Origin: Podarcis cretensis | Taxonomy: Eukaryota | DNA length: 64,000 nucleotides | Assembly: GCA_951804945.1 (NCBI GenBank) | Contig: OX638154.1 | Coordinates: forward strand, 52,390,001-52,454,000 | Direction of reading: 5' to 3' | Shown here: positions 11,045-24,523 of the stretch, piece after piece | How the letters are laid out: every line of letters begins with the position of its first letter | How positions within the stretch are numbered: the first letter of the stretch is position 1 | The notes under the pieces: model-generated | Told to the model about the DNA's origin: nothing | What the model saw: only the letters and a program-made list of their open reading frames with translations | Databases searched by the model: none | Position numbers and translations under genes: made by a program

Positions 11045-11102
11045 AAGTTCATGAAAGCTTACACCACAATCCATTAGTCTTAAAGGTGTCACAAGCCTCT
11101 TA
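11045..11102 (+). mobile_element. Penelope-like terminal fragment (second similar piece at ~11495-11532)
   Basis: Motif gaaagctta...ttagtcttaaaggtgtcacaag resembles reptile Penelope-like termini as I recall them; similar ttaaaggtgccagaagattc near 11510. Confidence 0.4.
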
Positions 11103-14100
11103 AGCCACTTTTGCATGTATTTAGTCAAACTATGGCTTAAATGTCACCACACTACTTTGGGTTAACGCTATGTCCAAGACTGGGTTCATGGTATGTCTTG
11201 CTCCAAACAAACAATGAGCTGTAGCCAAGGTTTGTTCCTGGCTTATGGTACGCAGTTCATTTGGAATGAGACATACCACAACCTGGGGTTCAGGCACAAT
11301 GCTAAGCCAAACCATGGCTTAGCTCTTAGGAGCAGCAGAGGAGTGAGGCAGGTACAATTTTCTCACTGTGGAGCAGCAGCACTGTAATTCCCTTACGTTT
11401 TCCAGGCCTGCCTCTGGTTTTGTTTCTCAAGAAGGAAACTGGTCAGCCGGAGATTGATCTCTTTCATTACATGCATGAAGGGAAGTCTGGTCCCCAAAAT
11501 CTGTTACTCCTTAAAGGTGCCAGAAGATTCTTTGTCCCCTTCACAATTTAAACCTGATACTTCCCTTCCCTCAGCATGCACACACATTTTCACTTAATCT
11601 GTGTTAAGACGGGGGTCACCATTTAAAACACTGAGCTCTCAAGCCAAGTTCTATTTTATACCACACACACAGAGGCAAATACGTACACACACACACTTTC
11701 TAATTTCCATGCAAGAGGGAAGCAGGTGCCCACATTCCCGTAAGCACTCCCATCTCTCATTTCCCCCCCTGCCTCCGCCACCCTCCTTGGATCCTGCCCC
11801 ATTAGTTTAGTGCCCAGCCATCTGCAACGTCTCCTGTAATGCTCTCCCCCCTGTGTATCAGGGAGCTTTTCCATTAGCGCCTTTAATATTCTGACACCTT
11901 AGCACAGGCTGCTATTACATTCAAACACGGATCGCCCTGTGAAATTACATTGCCAGGCTTGCTAAAATGGAATTGGGTATAATCAGGCTGCTCCATGCGC
12001 TGTCAGTCCCATCACAAATACAACGCAAAGCAGGCTTATGGATGGGCTTAGCAGCTGCTACAAGTGTATTTTTTTAATAGATGAAGTATCCCTTATTTAA
12101 AAGCATTTCCTTAAGAAGAAGGGGGAACGCACACATACACACGGTGGAAAGACAAATCAAAAGCTGCGTCACTGTGTTACCAATACCTCAGGTCTCTTAA
12201 AAAACTGTTATTTACTACGGGGCTATCTGTTTATCTATAACTATATCACATACACAGCGAGGAGGAGGGAGAGATAAAGGTAGTTAAACAGACAGCCAGT
12301 GAGATATGTGCCACCAGGAATTAATAGCTAAATAAAAAGCCCCATTATTTACTCCAAGGAGGAGGGAGTCTGGGGCGATCTCACAGGTGTCTTGCTCAGA
12401 TGCTAACATACAATGTGGTGTTTCTTTACAAGAATCTGGTTTGAAAAGACCAGTGCATACTGTCTGCTAATAGTACTACCGCACATTTGCATGTGTCATC
12501 AGGGCACACATAAGTAGATTTACCAAAAACATCCCAGAATTGTTTATTCATGAAAAAGCATTCCATGTAGTTCAGGAAGAAGCTTAGAGAAGGATAGCAC
12601 TGTATCTTTGGGGTTATGGGAAGAATAAAGGATATTCAGATTGTGGGTGGCTAGGCAGAATATCAGCCTTAAGTACTGGATACAAGAGCCCAAGGTAGAG
12701 AATAACTTCCTGCAAATTCAACAGGTAAACTTCCACCATCGTAAAAACAATTAACCGGGAAATCACTAGTGCCTCAAGCAATTTGGTGATCATTTGTCCA
12801 TGACTGCTAGTTAAATGTTAGAATTCATAGAATAACAGTTCTCTCGTTGTCAAGGATATTAAAATTAAACTAAAGCTATGGAAGACCAATGAGACCCAGC
12901 ACAAATGCATCATAGTGAATCCAGACAAGAGCCCATCGCCTAAGGCAGGAACACAGCCAATTGATGGCCATAGACATGATGTTGTCAGGCTCTTCCAACC
13001 CATTGCCATACTGGTTCTTGACTGCTCTACTAGGCCTGGAGTGCGAAAGAGGGAAATCCAAAGGGAAAAGCGGCTTTGTTGCTTCTTCCATCATATGTGA
13101 TCACTACTCCAAGAGCCCTATTAATAGCAAGGCTCACAGGAAAGGGAACAATAGAGGCACCTCTGCCTATATGGAAGCTAGAATAGGAATCAAAGTTCCT
13201 TTGCTCTTGGATCATCTCTCCACTGTACACTAAATCTAGCAATTCTGTTACAGAAGTGGGAAAGGCTGGTTCTCCAAACATCTTTGTTGTGGAGGGTTCA
13301 GCCCCCAGAAGTTAGCCAGCCCAGTTTCAGATTCTAAGGTTGAAGGTATTCCTGGGACCATCTTTCCTAACTGGTATGCCTAAGATACCACAGTTACAGA
13401 ACACTAAGTTCCACTGTATACATTGCTCTCTCTCTCCACACAAGTAAAGGGATGTTCCCAAGGGTATTACCGTACTTGAAGGCACATGGGGCCACCACCT
13501 TGATGAAGCTAAGTCAGTCTGTGTCTTGCACCTGGACAGAAGATCACCTGGGAACCACATGTATCCTTTTTTGGGTTCCATGATGGAAGAAAGGTGGGAT
13601 ATAAATTTAAGAAAATAAGTAAATGCATCAACAATCAGGTCAAGAAAATATTTCTTTCTGATCCACAATAGGAATAGGAATAGGAAATTTGTGCCTCCCC
13701 CATAGGCTACTATACTACAACTCTTACCATTCCTGAATTGGCTTTCCTAGACAGAGATGACAGGAGTTTGAATCAAACTATATCTGGAGGGCCGTAAGTT
13801 CCCCATCCCTGGTCTACAAGCATGTGATTTACATATTGGGAAGTCAGAAATGTAAGACTGCCATTTATACATTATATAGCATATGCTCTGGTAGAAAAAG
13901 ATAACATCTGAAGCTACCTAAGCCTCTGTTTGAACACACCAAGGGACATCAGCTGCATTACTCCCATTGCACACTGTTACCTTCAGGGCATTTTTCATAC
14001 TGATCAGCCTCACCCAACCCACAAATATCCATTAGACTATTCATTAGATGTAGCTCCCATGCTAAAGAGTCAGGAACTGAAATCCCAAATTTAAAACGAA

Positions 14101-14464
14101 CATATAAATCCTCAAATGGCTCTTTAGGCAACCCTGAAAAATGAGAAGGCAGTGCAACAGGATTGAGCATCTAACAAAAAATGGTAGAAATGATCACAAA
14201 GACTGTGATTATTAGTAACAGAGACAAAACATGCTGAGAGGCAGCACAATTGCTATGCCAGGAAGTCATGCCTCACCAATCTATTACAGTGCATTGAGGA
14301 TGGCAACAAATAGGTGATCCAGATAATAATGTGGCGCTTTCAAAAAGCTTTTGTCACATTTTTCCACCCCTGAAAAGGATGTCAGGTAATCGTGGATTAG
14401 AAACAAATTACTTTTCCTGTATCAGCCACAGGTTAACAACTAGGAAGGGAAGAAACATATAGTG

Positions 14465-14690
14465 AGTTTTATTTATGATTTATTGATTGCTTTTGTATCT
14501 CACCTTTTTCTCCAAGGAGCTCAAGGTGGCACACATGGTTCTCCTCCTCCTCATGTAAACCCCACAACAACCCCATGAAGTATGCCATGAAGGCTGATAA
14601 GCAATGAGCATCCCAATGAGCATCATGGCTGAGTGGGGATTCAAACCCTGATCTCCCAGATCCTAGTTCAACACTCTAACGACTACACAA
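14465..14690 (-). mobile_element. Squamate tRNA-derived SINE with L2-like tail (MIR-like)
   Basis: Contains tctcaccttt..ctccaaggagctcaaggtggc, cccacaacaacccc and the reverse-complemented B-box region ggggattcaaacc. Confidence 0.7.
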
Positions 14691-15660
14691 CAATGGTTCA
14701 GTGGCCCCACTGTGGTACCCTCCAGATGTTTTTGTACTATCACTCCCATAACCCATGACTATTAGCCATGCTGGAACTGATAGGAGCTGGAATCACCACA
14801 CTGCTGATCCCTGCAGTGGAGTTCCCCCATTGAACTAGTGGGACTACTTTCAACAGAAAAACACCACATTGGCTAAGATTTGAGGCCAATGCAAAATTAT
14901 TCAGAGAGAGGGCAAAATCAATGATTAACAGTTTACAGTAGAATCATGAAAATCTGGGTAATAGGTTTTTGTGTGTGTATTTTATAGACTAGTCACAAAC
15001 AAGTGTCACTCATTACAACAAGCCATTAGCACAAATATTACGTGGTCACTTTGGGCATGAGGCTTGTGCTCTTTTGGGGTCACGAGTCCATTGCATCCTG
15101 CTGTTTGCACCAACAAAACAGAATGAAATAGACATCTAGGTACCAGGAGGACCCATTGAAGTAGACTTGCAAGATATCAAGAGATTGGTTCTGAGAGCTT
15201 GGGATGTTTTTCTCTGCAGGCCAGAGACTAAATCATGTGGTCTGTCAAAATTAGCTGGAAATTCTGGAATATTCATTAAGAGCCTTTCAGAGCTAGCAGC
15301 AACATATTCATGAAAGAAGGAAAGGGCAGAAAATAGAGGGAGGGGAAACAGGGGCAAAGAACCAAGTTCAATATGGATAATCAGAGCAGTGTTTCATGTC
15401 ATTTCCTATCTAGTTTCCAGAGCACCTGAACTGATGTCACATGAAACAGATAGAAACTGAAGTAGCCTGAAGAGCACATGCAACCTGTGCCGGTGACATT
15501 TACACTGGGCTACCTTGCTATGTGCTTTTCTGCAATTGTTGATTCAAGTCAAAATTTGGATACGTGTCCACGAGCAGTACTACATGAGGAAGCTAGAGAT
15601 TGAATCAGAGCTAGAGCAGAAGATGAGCAAGGAAGCTGAACACTCAGTGGGGAGCAGTTG

Positions 15661-15707
<47 letters not shown>
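15661..15707 (+). repeat. (AAT)n microsatellite (L2 tail)
   Basis: About 15 perfect units. Confidence 0.97.
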
Positions 15708-16615
15708 TTTTCTTTATACCCTGCCCTCACCAGCCAAGACTGGGCTCAGGGAGGCTAACACCAAATATAAAAACAATTGATTGAAATACAGCTTAAAAAC
15801 AAGATTAAAATACAACATTAAAACATTAAAATGCAGCCTCATTTCAGTGGAAATTCAATCAAAAACTCTTTTAGAGATGAAAACGTCGAGTCTTCACCAA
15901 GGCTAACTATCCAGACTGGTCCTACATGGGCCAGAAAAAAGCCAGGGAAGTCCCCAAATAAGAGTTCCAACGCAGAAGGAGAAAGGAAAAAAGAAAGAGG
16001 GGGACGGAATCAAATTGATTCCAAGCCAAAGGCCAGGCGGAAGAACTCTGTCTTACAGGCCTGCAGAAAGAAATCAGATTCTGCAGGGCTCTGGTCTCAT
16101 GAGACAGAGCGTTCCACCAGGCCGGAGCCAGTGTTGAAAAGGCCCTGGCTCTGGTTGAGGCTAATCTGACTTCCCTAAGGCCCGGGACCTCTAGGGTGTT
16201 GCTATTTATGGACCTCTGTGGTCCATAAGGTCCTCTGTGGGGCATATCAGGAGAAGCGGTCCTATAGGTACGAGGGTCCTAGGCCGTGAAGGGTTTTAAA
16301 GGTCAAAACCAGAACCTTAAATCTGACCCTGTACTCCACCGGGAGCCAGTGCAGCTGGAAAAGCACTGGGTGAATATGCTCCCATGGCAGAAACCCCGTG
16401 AGGAGCCTTGCTGCAGCATTCTGCACCCGCTGCAGTTTCTGGGACAGCTTCAAGGGCAGCCCCGCGTAGAGCGAATTACAGTAGTCAAGCCTGAAGGTGA
16501 CTGTTGCATGGATCACTGTGGCCAGGTCAGGGCGGGAAAGGTAAGGGACCAACTGCTTGATGCGGCGAAGGTGGAAAAATGTCGCCTTGGTTGTTGCTGT
16601 AACCTGCGCCTCCAG
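15661..16615 (-). mobile_element. 5'-truncated L2-clade LINE with (TTA)n tail
   Basis: ORF 16262-16747 contains LEAQV..FFHLRRIKQL..ATVIHATVTFRLDYCNSLYAGLP..KLQRVQNAAARLLTG..LHWLPV..RVRFKVLVLTFK. The next frame continues RAFSTLAPAWWNAL, followed by a 3' UTR and (TAA)n at 15661-15707. Confidence 0.95.
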
Positions 16616-17186
16616 GTTAACCCAGCAAAGGTCAAGAGAAGACCACGAGGCTTGCATTCTCACTACCAACTCCTCCTTTAACTGGTCACCTTCTGGGTTA
16701 TGATTCATAGTTGAGTCTTCTTCCTTCTCCCACATACAATCTTGCACTCAAATGAGTCCACTGGTGATGAAGCCGTCAGGAAGCCAGACACACATATACC
16801 AACTCTAGGATTCCTATTGGGTTCATGCCACCTTTATTTTTAAGGGCTGGGTGACAAAGGGGAAGAATCAGGATCAAGGCTAGACTGGGCTGTGGTCTGA
16901 CAAAACATCCATGAGCTGAGGCACTTTCGGCTGCTTTGGGACCTTTTTGGGTTCCTCCAGAGCCTCAGTTGTATTGGGGTTCTCTGCAGGGTCTTCCTCA
17001 GAGGAGGTATTTCTGAGATCTGGGTGAAGTGGGATCCTGACCATAGGTGAGGTCAAGAGATAACATGCTGCAAGCATGGAGCAAGAAGCCTACAATGCAC
17101 AGAGGAAATTGAAGTGCTGCTAATTAAGGAAGCAGAATATAAACTTGAGAGACTTCATATTTTTTCTAGTCTGGTATGGACTATTT

Positions 17187-17188
<2 letters not shown>

Positions 17189-17238
<50 letters not shown>
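17189..17238 (+). repeat. (CA)n(GA)n compound microsatellite
   Basis: Directly visible. Confidence 0.95.
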
Positions 17239-19280
17239 GGGGGGGGATGGATCCTTTCACCATAGCAAGTCCAGGAGAGAGTTTAGGATAACCAGACAGG
17301 GAACAGGCACATCAATCAGGCAAAGAAAGGTAGAGTAAGACTAAGAAACACAAAAGAGCTAGCAAGAAGGTTCAAGGCATGGCAAGGAAGTTCTAAGCAG
17401 GAAGTTTGACCAGCAGCCTCTACCTTTTTCCTTTTAGTTGGTGTTGGCCTCTGGTAAACATTTCCAAGATCTGAGCAGCAGGAAGCTATTTCCAAGAATT
17501 TGGGACTTCAATATTTGATGAACATCCAGTATAGAACATCCAGTAAAAAGCAAAATTCAAACAATGAGACATAAGAATATAAAACTGACAGACAGAATCA
17601 AAGGTGTGTCATACAACACTAAGCAGGACCAGGAAAACAATTAGAGAGTGGCATGGGACAATGACAAAAGGTGCTAAAAATAAGGAGCCACTGTTGTGGT
17701 AGGTAGATGCTCATTATGTGCTTGCAGAGACAATGTAGCATGAAAGACCGAGAAACTAGCTTAAAGATGCAACAATATGTAAGGATTCAGAGCACTTGGA
17801 GAGCCTCCAATTCACAAGTGTGAACAGAGAGAGCAAAGGTGCATTAGCGGAAGGCATTAAGAGGAAACAGGAGTGAGAGGAGACCAATGGCATGGCCTTG
17901 TCATGCCAAGTTCCAAACAGAATCCAGCACAGCTGGTAACAAGCTATGGACGTCTTCCCTGCAGCCTAGGGAAGCGGGCAAATGGGCCTGCGGCCAATCT
18001 GCTCCCTGTAACTAGAGCGAGCCAGTGTCTGTGTGTGTGCATTCATGTTCCGCTTGAGCTGAAGCTCGGTGTTAAATTCAATGCCTTGAGTATTGATTTC
18101 CTCGCACATGCAGAACTTTGTTAAAGGGTTTGTTGTGAACTGAGATCAAAGGGAGGTTAACTCACTTCTCATAAGTGATAAAACAGACCTCAAGAAAAAT
18201 TCTGCCACCCGGTCAATCCTCAGAGGACAGCAAGCAAGAGCTGTTAGTTACTCTTGTGTTGCCATTGTAAGGCTGCAAGCCATGAAGCTTCCGAATAAAG
18301 CTGGGATAAAAAAGAGCCCAACTCCTCACAGTGCCCTATATATCATCATGTGGAAATTCCAAAACCATCCTCACCATTTCATCTCTAATGTCTCATTCCC
18401 AAAGTGAGAGGAAAGGAGTTCATCAACTTATATCTAGGAGCTAGCAAAGGAGATGCTTCTGTCCTTGTCAGTGGTGGCTTCTTAATGAAGGGTGTCTCTA
18501 ATCATTGGAAATTTATATTAAGACCGGAATACATGTCTTGTATAGCCCCTAGTACTGGCCAAAGTCAACGTCATATTACTAGGATAAATGCATCAGTCCA
18601 ACCGAGTAAGTCTGCTTGGCTTTGGTTTCCTTCTTAAATATCTTTAGACAAATGAACTGCATTCTATTTCTATAATTTATATATCATTAGTGTACACAGC
18701 ACTTTTATAGAATTGCCTAATCTAAAACGTCAGTTGCCAACACCTTCACATGATATAGGGCAGCTTGGATCTTTTAAACAATCCAAAGCAGGTTTTCAAC
18801 TCTCTCTATCACAGCTCTGCAAAAGAAGCAACCTTGCTGGGGCAGCAAAAATACATAATCTGATAGAACAGCACTCCAGCAGAGGAAATGGGGAGAACAA
18901 GCCTCGTAAGTAATAAAAAGGGGGGAAATAATAATGTAGGGAGATGAGCAAAGTGGAGTGAGGAACCTTGCTGGTATTTTGTCTCTTTTATTTTTCAGCT
19001 AGACAAGCACTCTCACGCAATAGTCACACGGTATGGAAGAAGAACCAAGTTCACCAAATGGCATGGCAGAACTGACCTATTGACATGGATACTGGTGGCT
19101 GCCAGAATGTCAACTGCCTCAAAATGAAAAACCTTAAGGGACTTGCAACTCTTGCTGTGGTATGAAAATATGTGGATTTTAGCACTAGCTGAAAAAAGAA
19201 TGCATGAATTAAGTGTCGCTATAGGCTTGGAAGATCCCAAAAATTTCTATGCTGTTTAGTGGGATTTTATCATATATACA

Positions 19281-19644
19281 GGGACGCGGGTGGCGCTGTG
19301 GGTAAAACCTCAGCGCCTAGGACTTGCCGATCACATGGTCAGCGGTTCGAATCCCCGCGGCGGGGTGCGCTCCCGTCGCTCGATCCCAGCGCCTGCCAAC
19401 CTAGCAGTTCGAAAGCACCCCCGGGTGCAAATAGATAAATAGGGACCGCTTACCAGCAGGAAGGTAAACGGCATTCCGTGTGCTGCGCTGGCTCGCCAGA
19501 TGCAGCTTGTCACGCTAGCCACGTGACCCGGAAGTGTCTGCGGACAGCGCTGGCTCCTGGCCTATAGAGTGAGATGAGCGCACAACCCTAGAGTCTGGCA
19601 AGACTGGCCCGTATGGGCATGGGTACCTTTACCTTTACCTTTAC
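19281..19644 (+). mobile_element. Full-length Sauria SINE
   Basis: tRNA-like head GGGACGCGGGTGGCGCTGTGG, B-box GGTTCGAATCC, (ACCTTT)n tail; 13-bp TSD TATCATATATA(C/T)A at 19268-19280 and 19645-19657. Confidence 0.95.
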
Positions 19645-19657
19645 TATCATATATATA

Positions 19658-19721
<64 letters not shown>
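19658..19721 (+). repeat. (TG)n(GA)n microsatellite
   Basis: Directly visible. Confidence 0.95.
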
Positions 19722-19727
<6 letters not shown>

Positions 19728-20632
19728 AAATACAGACGTACAGGACTCCCTCCCAACAGTACAACATGAAATCTGGCTTTCCTAATGGTCTTAAGTATTC
19801 CAGATATAGTGTGCTGGTTTTTTGTATTTGTACTTCTATTATTTTTATTCCATTTCTTTGTTTGACTTACTTTAATAAAAATATTTTAAAAACCAATCAA
19901 ATCTTAAGCAGTATTCAATAGGTGATGGGAACACTTGTATGATCATATTTGATACAGGAATTGCAATAGAAAGATTTGCTTTAGTTTAAGAGTAGTGGGA
20001 GCCTTATTTTCATGTGTACAAAAATGAAATTCTAATACTGAAAAGAGTGAGGGAAGTCTGGATCCCACACTACAAATGGGTAACAATTGCATCTTTATTG
20101 CACACAATATGTATGTGCACTCAAACCTGAGCCCTGCAGGTTTAAAATCTCAATTGCCCCACCTTGTCTTACCATCTAGCTTCTGCCTGGATACTTTATC
20201 TGAATCAAATGCCGGCAGTGTTTATAGAGCAATTGCTGTGTGTTCTCCACTTGCACAGTGATGAAGATTTCACTTAAACTCTCAACATCTGCACATTTCA
20301 ACTAAATTAGGCCATTCGCTATAAAAGAACACAATGACAGTAATGGAATAATAACAGCATTAATAAAACACAACAATCCTTGGATGAGGAGCAGATGCAT
20401 TCACAAGCTTCAGAGACAGAGGGAGGGAGGGAGAAAATGAGGCTGTTTAGAAAGTCATACAATGCATATTCAGGCCTGGGGGGGGGGGTGACCAACAACG
20501 AAGACAGGGTCAGGAGAAAATTGTATTTTAACCTTACAAGAAAGTCTTCCTGACTCCATAAAGTTCTATTCTCACCAAAGGAAAAGGTTTCCTTGGAAAA
20601 ACGTAAGTTTGTAATGGGCATCCAAAGGGTGC

Positions 20633-20635
20633 GCA

Positions 20636-20686
<51 letters not shown>
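20633..20686 (+). repeat. (CA)n(GA)n microsatellite
   Basis: Directly visible. Confidence 0.95.
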
Positions 20687-20693
<7 letters not shown>

Positions 20694-23600
20694 ACCTGCC
20701 GCCCTGGAATCACATGCAGCCCTTAGCCTAACTTTAAAAGCCCTTTTCAAGCAATCAGTTTGAACCTCTGGCAAGAGCAGCTGCCAGAAAAGGAACACAA
20801 GCAGCAAGGAGAGAGACAGAGATCAAAAGGGTGGCAGCAAGTGAATGTTAAGGGGTGGCCCTGCCCGTATCACCTGTGAGGCCATGTGGCCACCAATAGC
20901 AAAAAAACAACCACCATTGTCCTCTCCTTATCTACATTAAAGTACTCCAAATTCTACTGTTGGGAAGCCTTGTGAGCCAAACAAAATATACAAAAGGGCA
21001 ATCTGCAATAATCTACAGACGGTAATAAAGTTCACTAGCTGGCAAGGGTTCTTGAACTGCACGGGGAAAATGAGTAAATGCCGAAAAGGTTTATTTAGGG
21101 GGGAAATAGAATACAAAATGAGGTGCACACCACACAAAAGTTGCATGGAAACTGAGTTTGAATACCAACTCAGAGATAGAAAACATTATGTCAAGACAAA
21201 ATTCTGAGTTAGCAGAGCTAAAATAGAGTGTGTAATCAATTGGCAGGTAAATATTTCCACCGTCAGAGAGCAAAGTTAGTCTCCCCTTCATAGCAATGGC
21301 TTAGGAAAATTAAAAATAAATATCCTCCAAAATGCTGTTTCCCAAGGAATAGATTCAGACCTTTTATCAGAGGCGAAAGCCCAGTCGCAGTTGTAACTAA
21401 TGACCAGTGAGCCAGATGAGACCCAAACTGGAAAAGGTGACTCACATATTAAAACCTGATTCTCAATGTGGATGGTGATGGTGATGTGGGCGTGTGGGTT
21501 GGGACTGGCAAGTAGGTAGGAGGCCAGGTACAGTAGCTTCTTCAAAGCTCCCAGATGCTTCGCTTGAATCATAGCCTCAATCTGCCACCTCCTCCTTACC
21601 AATGCCAATCAATATCCCACAATTTGAATGTCTCCTCCTTCTTTGTTCCACTATGCCATATTTTGCAATTAGGTTGCAATATCTGACTTGTTGGTTTTTT
21701 TCCGTGGAATGTTCCCCAAAATGACAGACAAGCCTAATTTGCCCAGTTCATTCAGTTAATTTGCTAAATTTGGGTTTGGCATTCCAATGAATGAAGGTCT
21801 GTAGCCAATTTCCAGCAGCTTCAACAAGTTACACAACGTTGCGTTCTGATCTCTATATTTGAAGTGGTCTCACATGTTCACTTCGTCAACTACTACTTGG
21901 CAAAGAAAGTGATTAAGGTTGTGATTTGCAGTTTATTTAAAGGAGTGGACACATGGAGGTTCAGTTATTTTAAATACCCACAGCTACCACTCTTCTCAGA
22001 AGTGAAAGGCTGAAACGTGCTTACTTTTATTCCCTTTTCTTTTATCAATGTGCTCCTTTAACTTTTATGTTCTGAATCATTCTGAAATTGCCTTTGGGTT
22101 GAACAATAACATGAAGGACATTTTGCCAGCTTCTTTGTGAATTATGAGCATGCCAAAAAACATCCCTCCAATTTGTGAACAGAGGAAATAATTGTCTCCC
22201 CCTTATCTGCCCCATCCTCTCACATAATAAAGCAGCAAAAATAAAACACGTAGAATTCTAACACTCAACATGAAGCTGCAATCATTAAACAAACATTGAA
22301 ATACATGATAATTCAGCCCAGCCAGAAAATGCACCTATCATGCATGCAGGGGTATCATAGTCCTGTTTTTTTTCCTGCCAAGTTATCTAATATGGCCCAG
22401 TATTTCTGCCAATATTACCTGTGGCAGTTAGAATTGCTCTAAGGGCAATTTTTGCAAGGGTGGGGGAGACAACATTTCACCTGTTTAGTTGCAGCTCATC
22501 TAAATGCACAAGCTGAGCGCACTATCTCTACTCATAATTTCTTAACAGAGCTAAGAGAAATGGGGGAAATGAAAGAGACCAAAGAACCAGTTGCCCAGGA
22601 CACAAACAAGGTTGCAAAAATCTTTGTTGACACTACAATTTCTTCTTCCTCTGCTGATTTTTAGCCATCTCTGCTTCTCCCCTGAGGTGCCTCAGGTGAT
22701 TGAATGAAATACAACCCTCAGCTCCAATAAGCGTATTTCAATTACATCTGTCAACACATAACGACGTAATGATATATCATGTGATATTAAATCCATGGTA
22801 ATCATATCAGTGATTTTTTTTATAGTGTGCTAATCATGTTATTACATCTCAATAATTAACAACAGAAGATCTGGAAATCTCCGTTACTGTGCTCATTATG
22901 TCTTCTGCTGCATATGAAAAACCCATAGGATGCCAGGAGGGCCGAGACTGGACATCTTAGGCTCATGAGGCAACTGTCAGGCACTGAATGGGAAGAGCAA
23001 GAACATACCAAGTATAAGATGATGGTGATTATTTTTGCCTCTTGTGTCTTCTAGAATGAAGACAGACAAGTCAATGATGAGGGAGAAAAGAGATGAGCAG
23101 CAATGATACCACTGTGTGTTTCAGACTGAAATCATCGTTAGTGGCTATCATGATTAAATCGTAGGTTTAGGTAAGGAAGAAGCACAGCAGATAGTGACCC
23201 TCTGTGTCCCCAACCAGTACAGATCTGCTCAGCAGCCAGTATTCTCCTCCCTTACCTGCCTATGGTAAAACTAAAGATCAACCCGATTGGACTTTTATGT
23301 GACTAAAAGGATGGGGAACGCAAGTGTCAAAATTAGTTCAGATTACAGCATATCATACCCTCCAGAAGGGCGACCTACTGCCTTCCTCCAATGATTTTGT
23401 TGGAACTCGTCCTTAAACCGTGGATCAGTGCTTTATTTACATGGGAACTGTTTGCTCAGTGGGCCAATTGATCCATTCTGCAAGCAGGAAATCATAGTCT
23501 TGGAGAGCAAGCTGAGTGCCCAGGCTACACACTCCTAAAGTCAAGATGGCTGTAAGATGTACAGAGAGAGATACAGGGATTATGTGGTTCCAAATCCAAA

Positions 23601-24357
23601 CTGGGGAGAATGGTGTTTTTTGGGAGGTATATTCCTAGCTTGCCTGGAAGAGGGCTAGGTATTCAAAAGTTACCTGAGGGAGAGAGGGCTACTCTCTGGC
23701 TGCAATAGAGCTTTTACACTTATCCCATTTGCAGCCTGATCAATCTAGCAGTTTCCACTCATGAGCTGATCTGAGAGAGCCTCATTACCTGCCTTAAAGT
23801 TGCAGCCATGCACTTAGCTCTTAAAGATGGGATTTCAGGAATATCTGACTGATCATTTCTCTTCTCATTTATTTCTGCTGCCCTGAACCAATTCAACCTG
23901 TAAAGTCGAAAGAGGAAGAATAAGTTGGAACATACCGTATTTGCAGAGCTCCTGCCATACTCTGCTCCTGACTTCCTGCATCCTTTTGCAAATCACCCCT
24001 ACTGGATGCCATGCAAGTGGAGAGCTATGCCTACAACTCAATTGTGTCAAATGGTAACAAGGAATAGAAGATGCCCCACTCCATTGCTGGCGAAGGGAAC
24101 AGAATACTATCAGGGAATCCCATTGAGTCGCAATACCTGAGAATCTCTCCCAAGAAGTATGAAGCTTGTCACACTGACAAGACTACTCTTGCCTCAGTGA
24201 GATGAAAACTGCTAGCCTTCTGTCTGGAAGCAGGGAAAAGCAGTGTCTCTCCACCATGGGAGGCTACAAACCAAATTTAAATAAAATAAAAAACAAGTTT
24301 TGTTTCTCAGGAACAGAATTATGGGCCAGATTTCGGACTGTATAGTATGGTCATACC

Positions 24358-24523
24358 CAGTGCTTTTTTCCCTAAAAAATGTTTAGGGGTACTCTCAATT
24401 TGACTCAAGAAAATCAACAATTTTATAGTTCAAATTGGGAAAAATAAATACGGTAAATGGACAAAAGAACAAAGATTCACAAAATGTTTAGGGGTATGCG
24501 TACCCCCAGGAAAAAAAGTATTG
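24358..24523. mobile_element. hAT-type MITE
   Basis: TIRs CAGTGCTTTTTT / AAAAAAGTATTG; perfect 8-bp TSD GTCATACC (24350-24357, 24524-24531); internal repeat AAAATGTTTAGGGGTA occurs twice. Confidence 0.92.

Noticed and set aside
16620-17065. Possible old LTR adjoining the L2
   Set aside because: Composition is suggestive, but no defensible termini or second copy were found.
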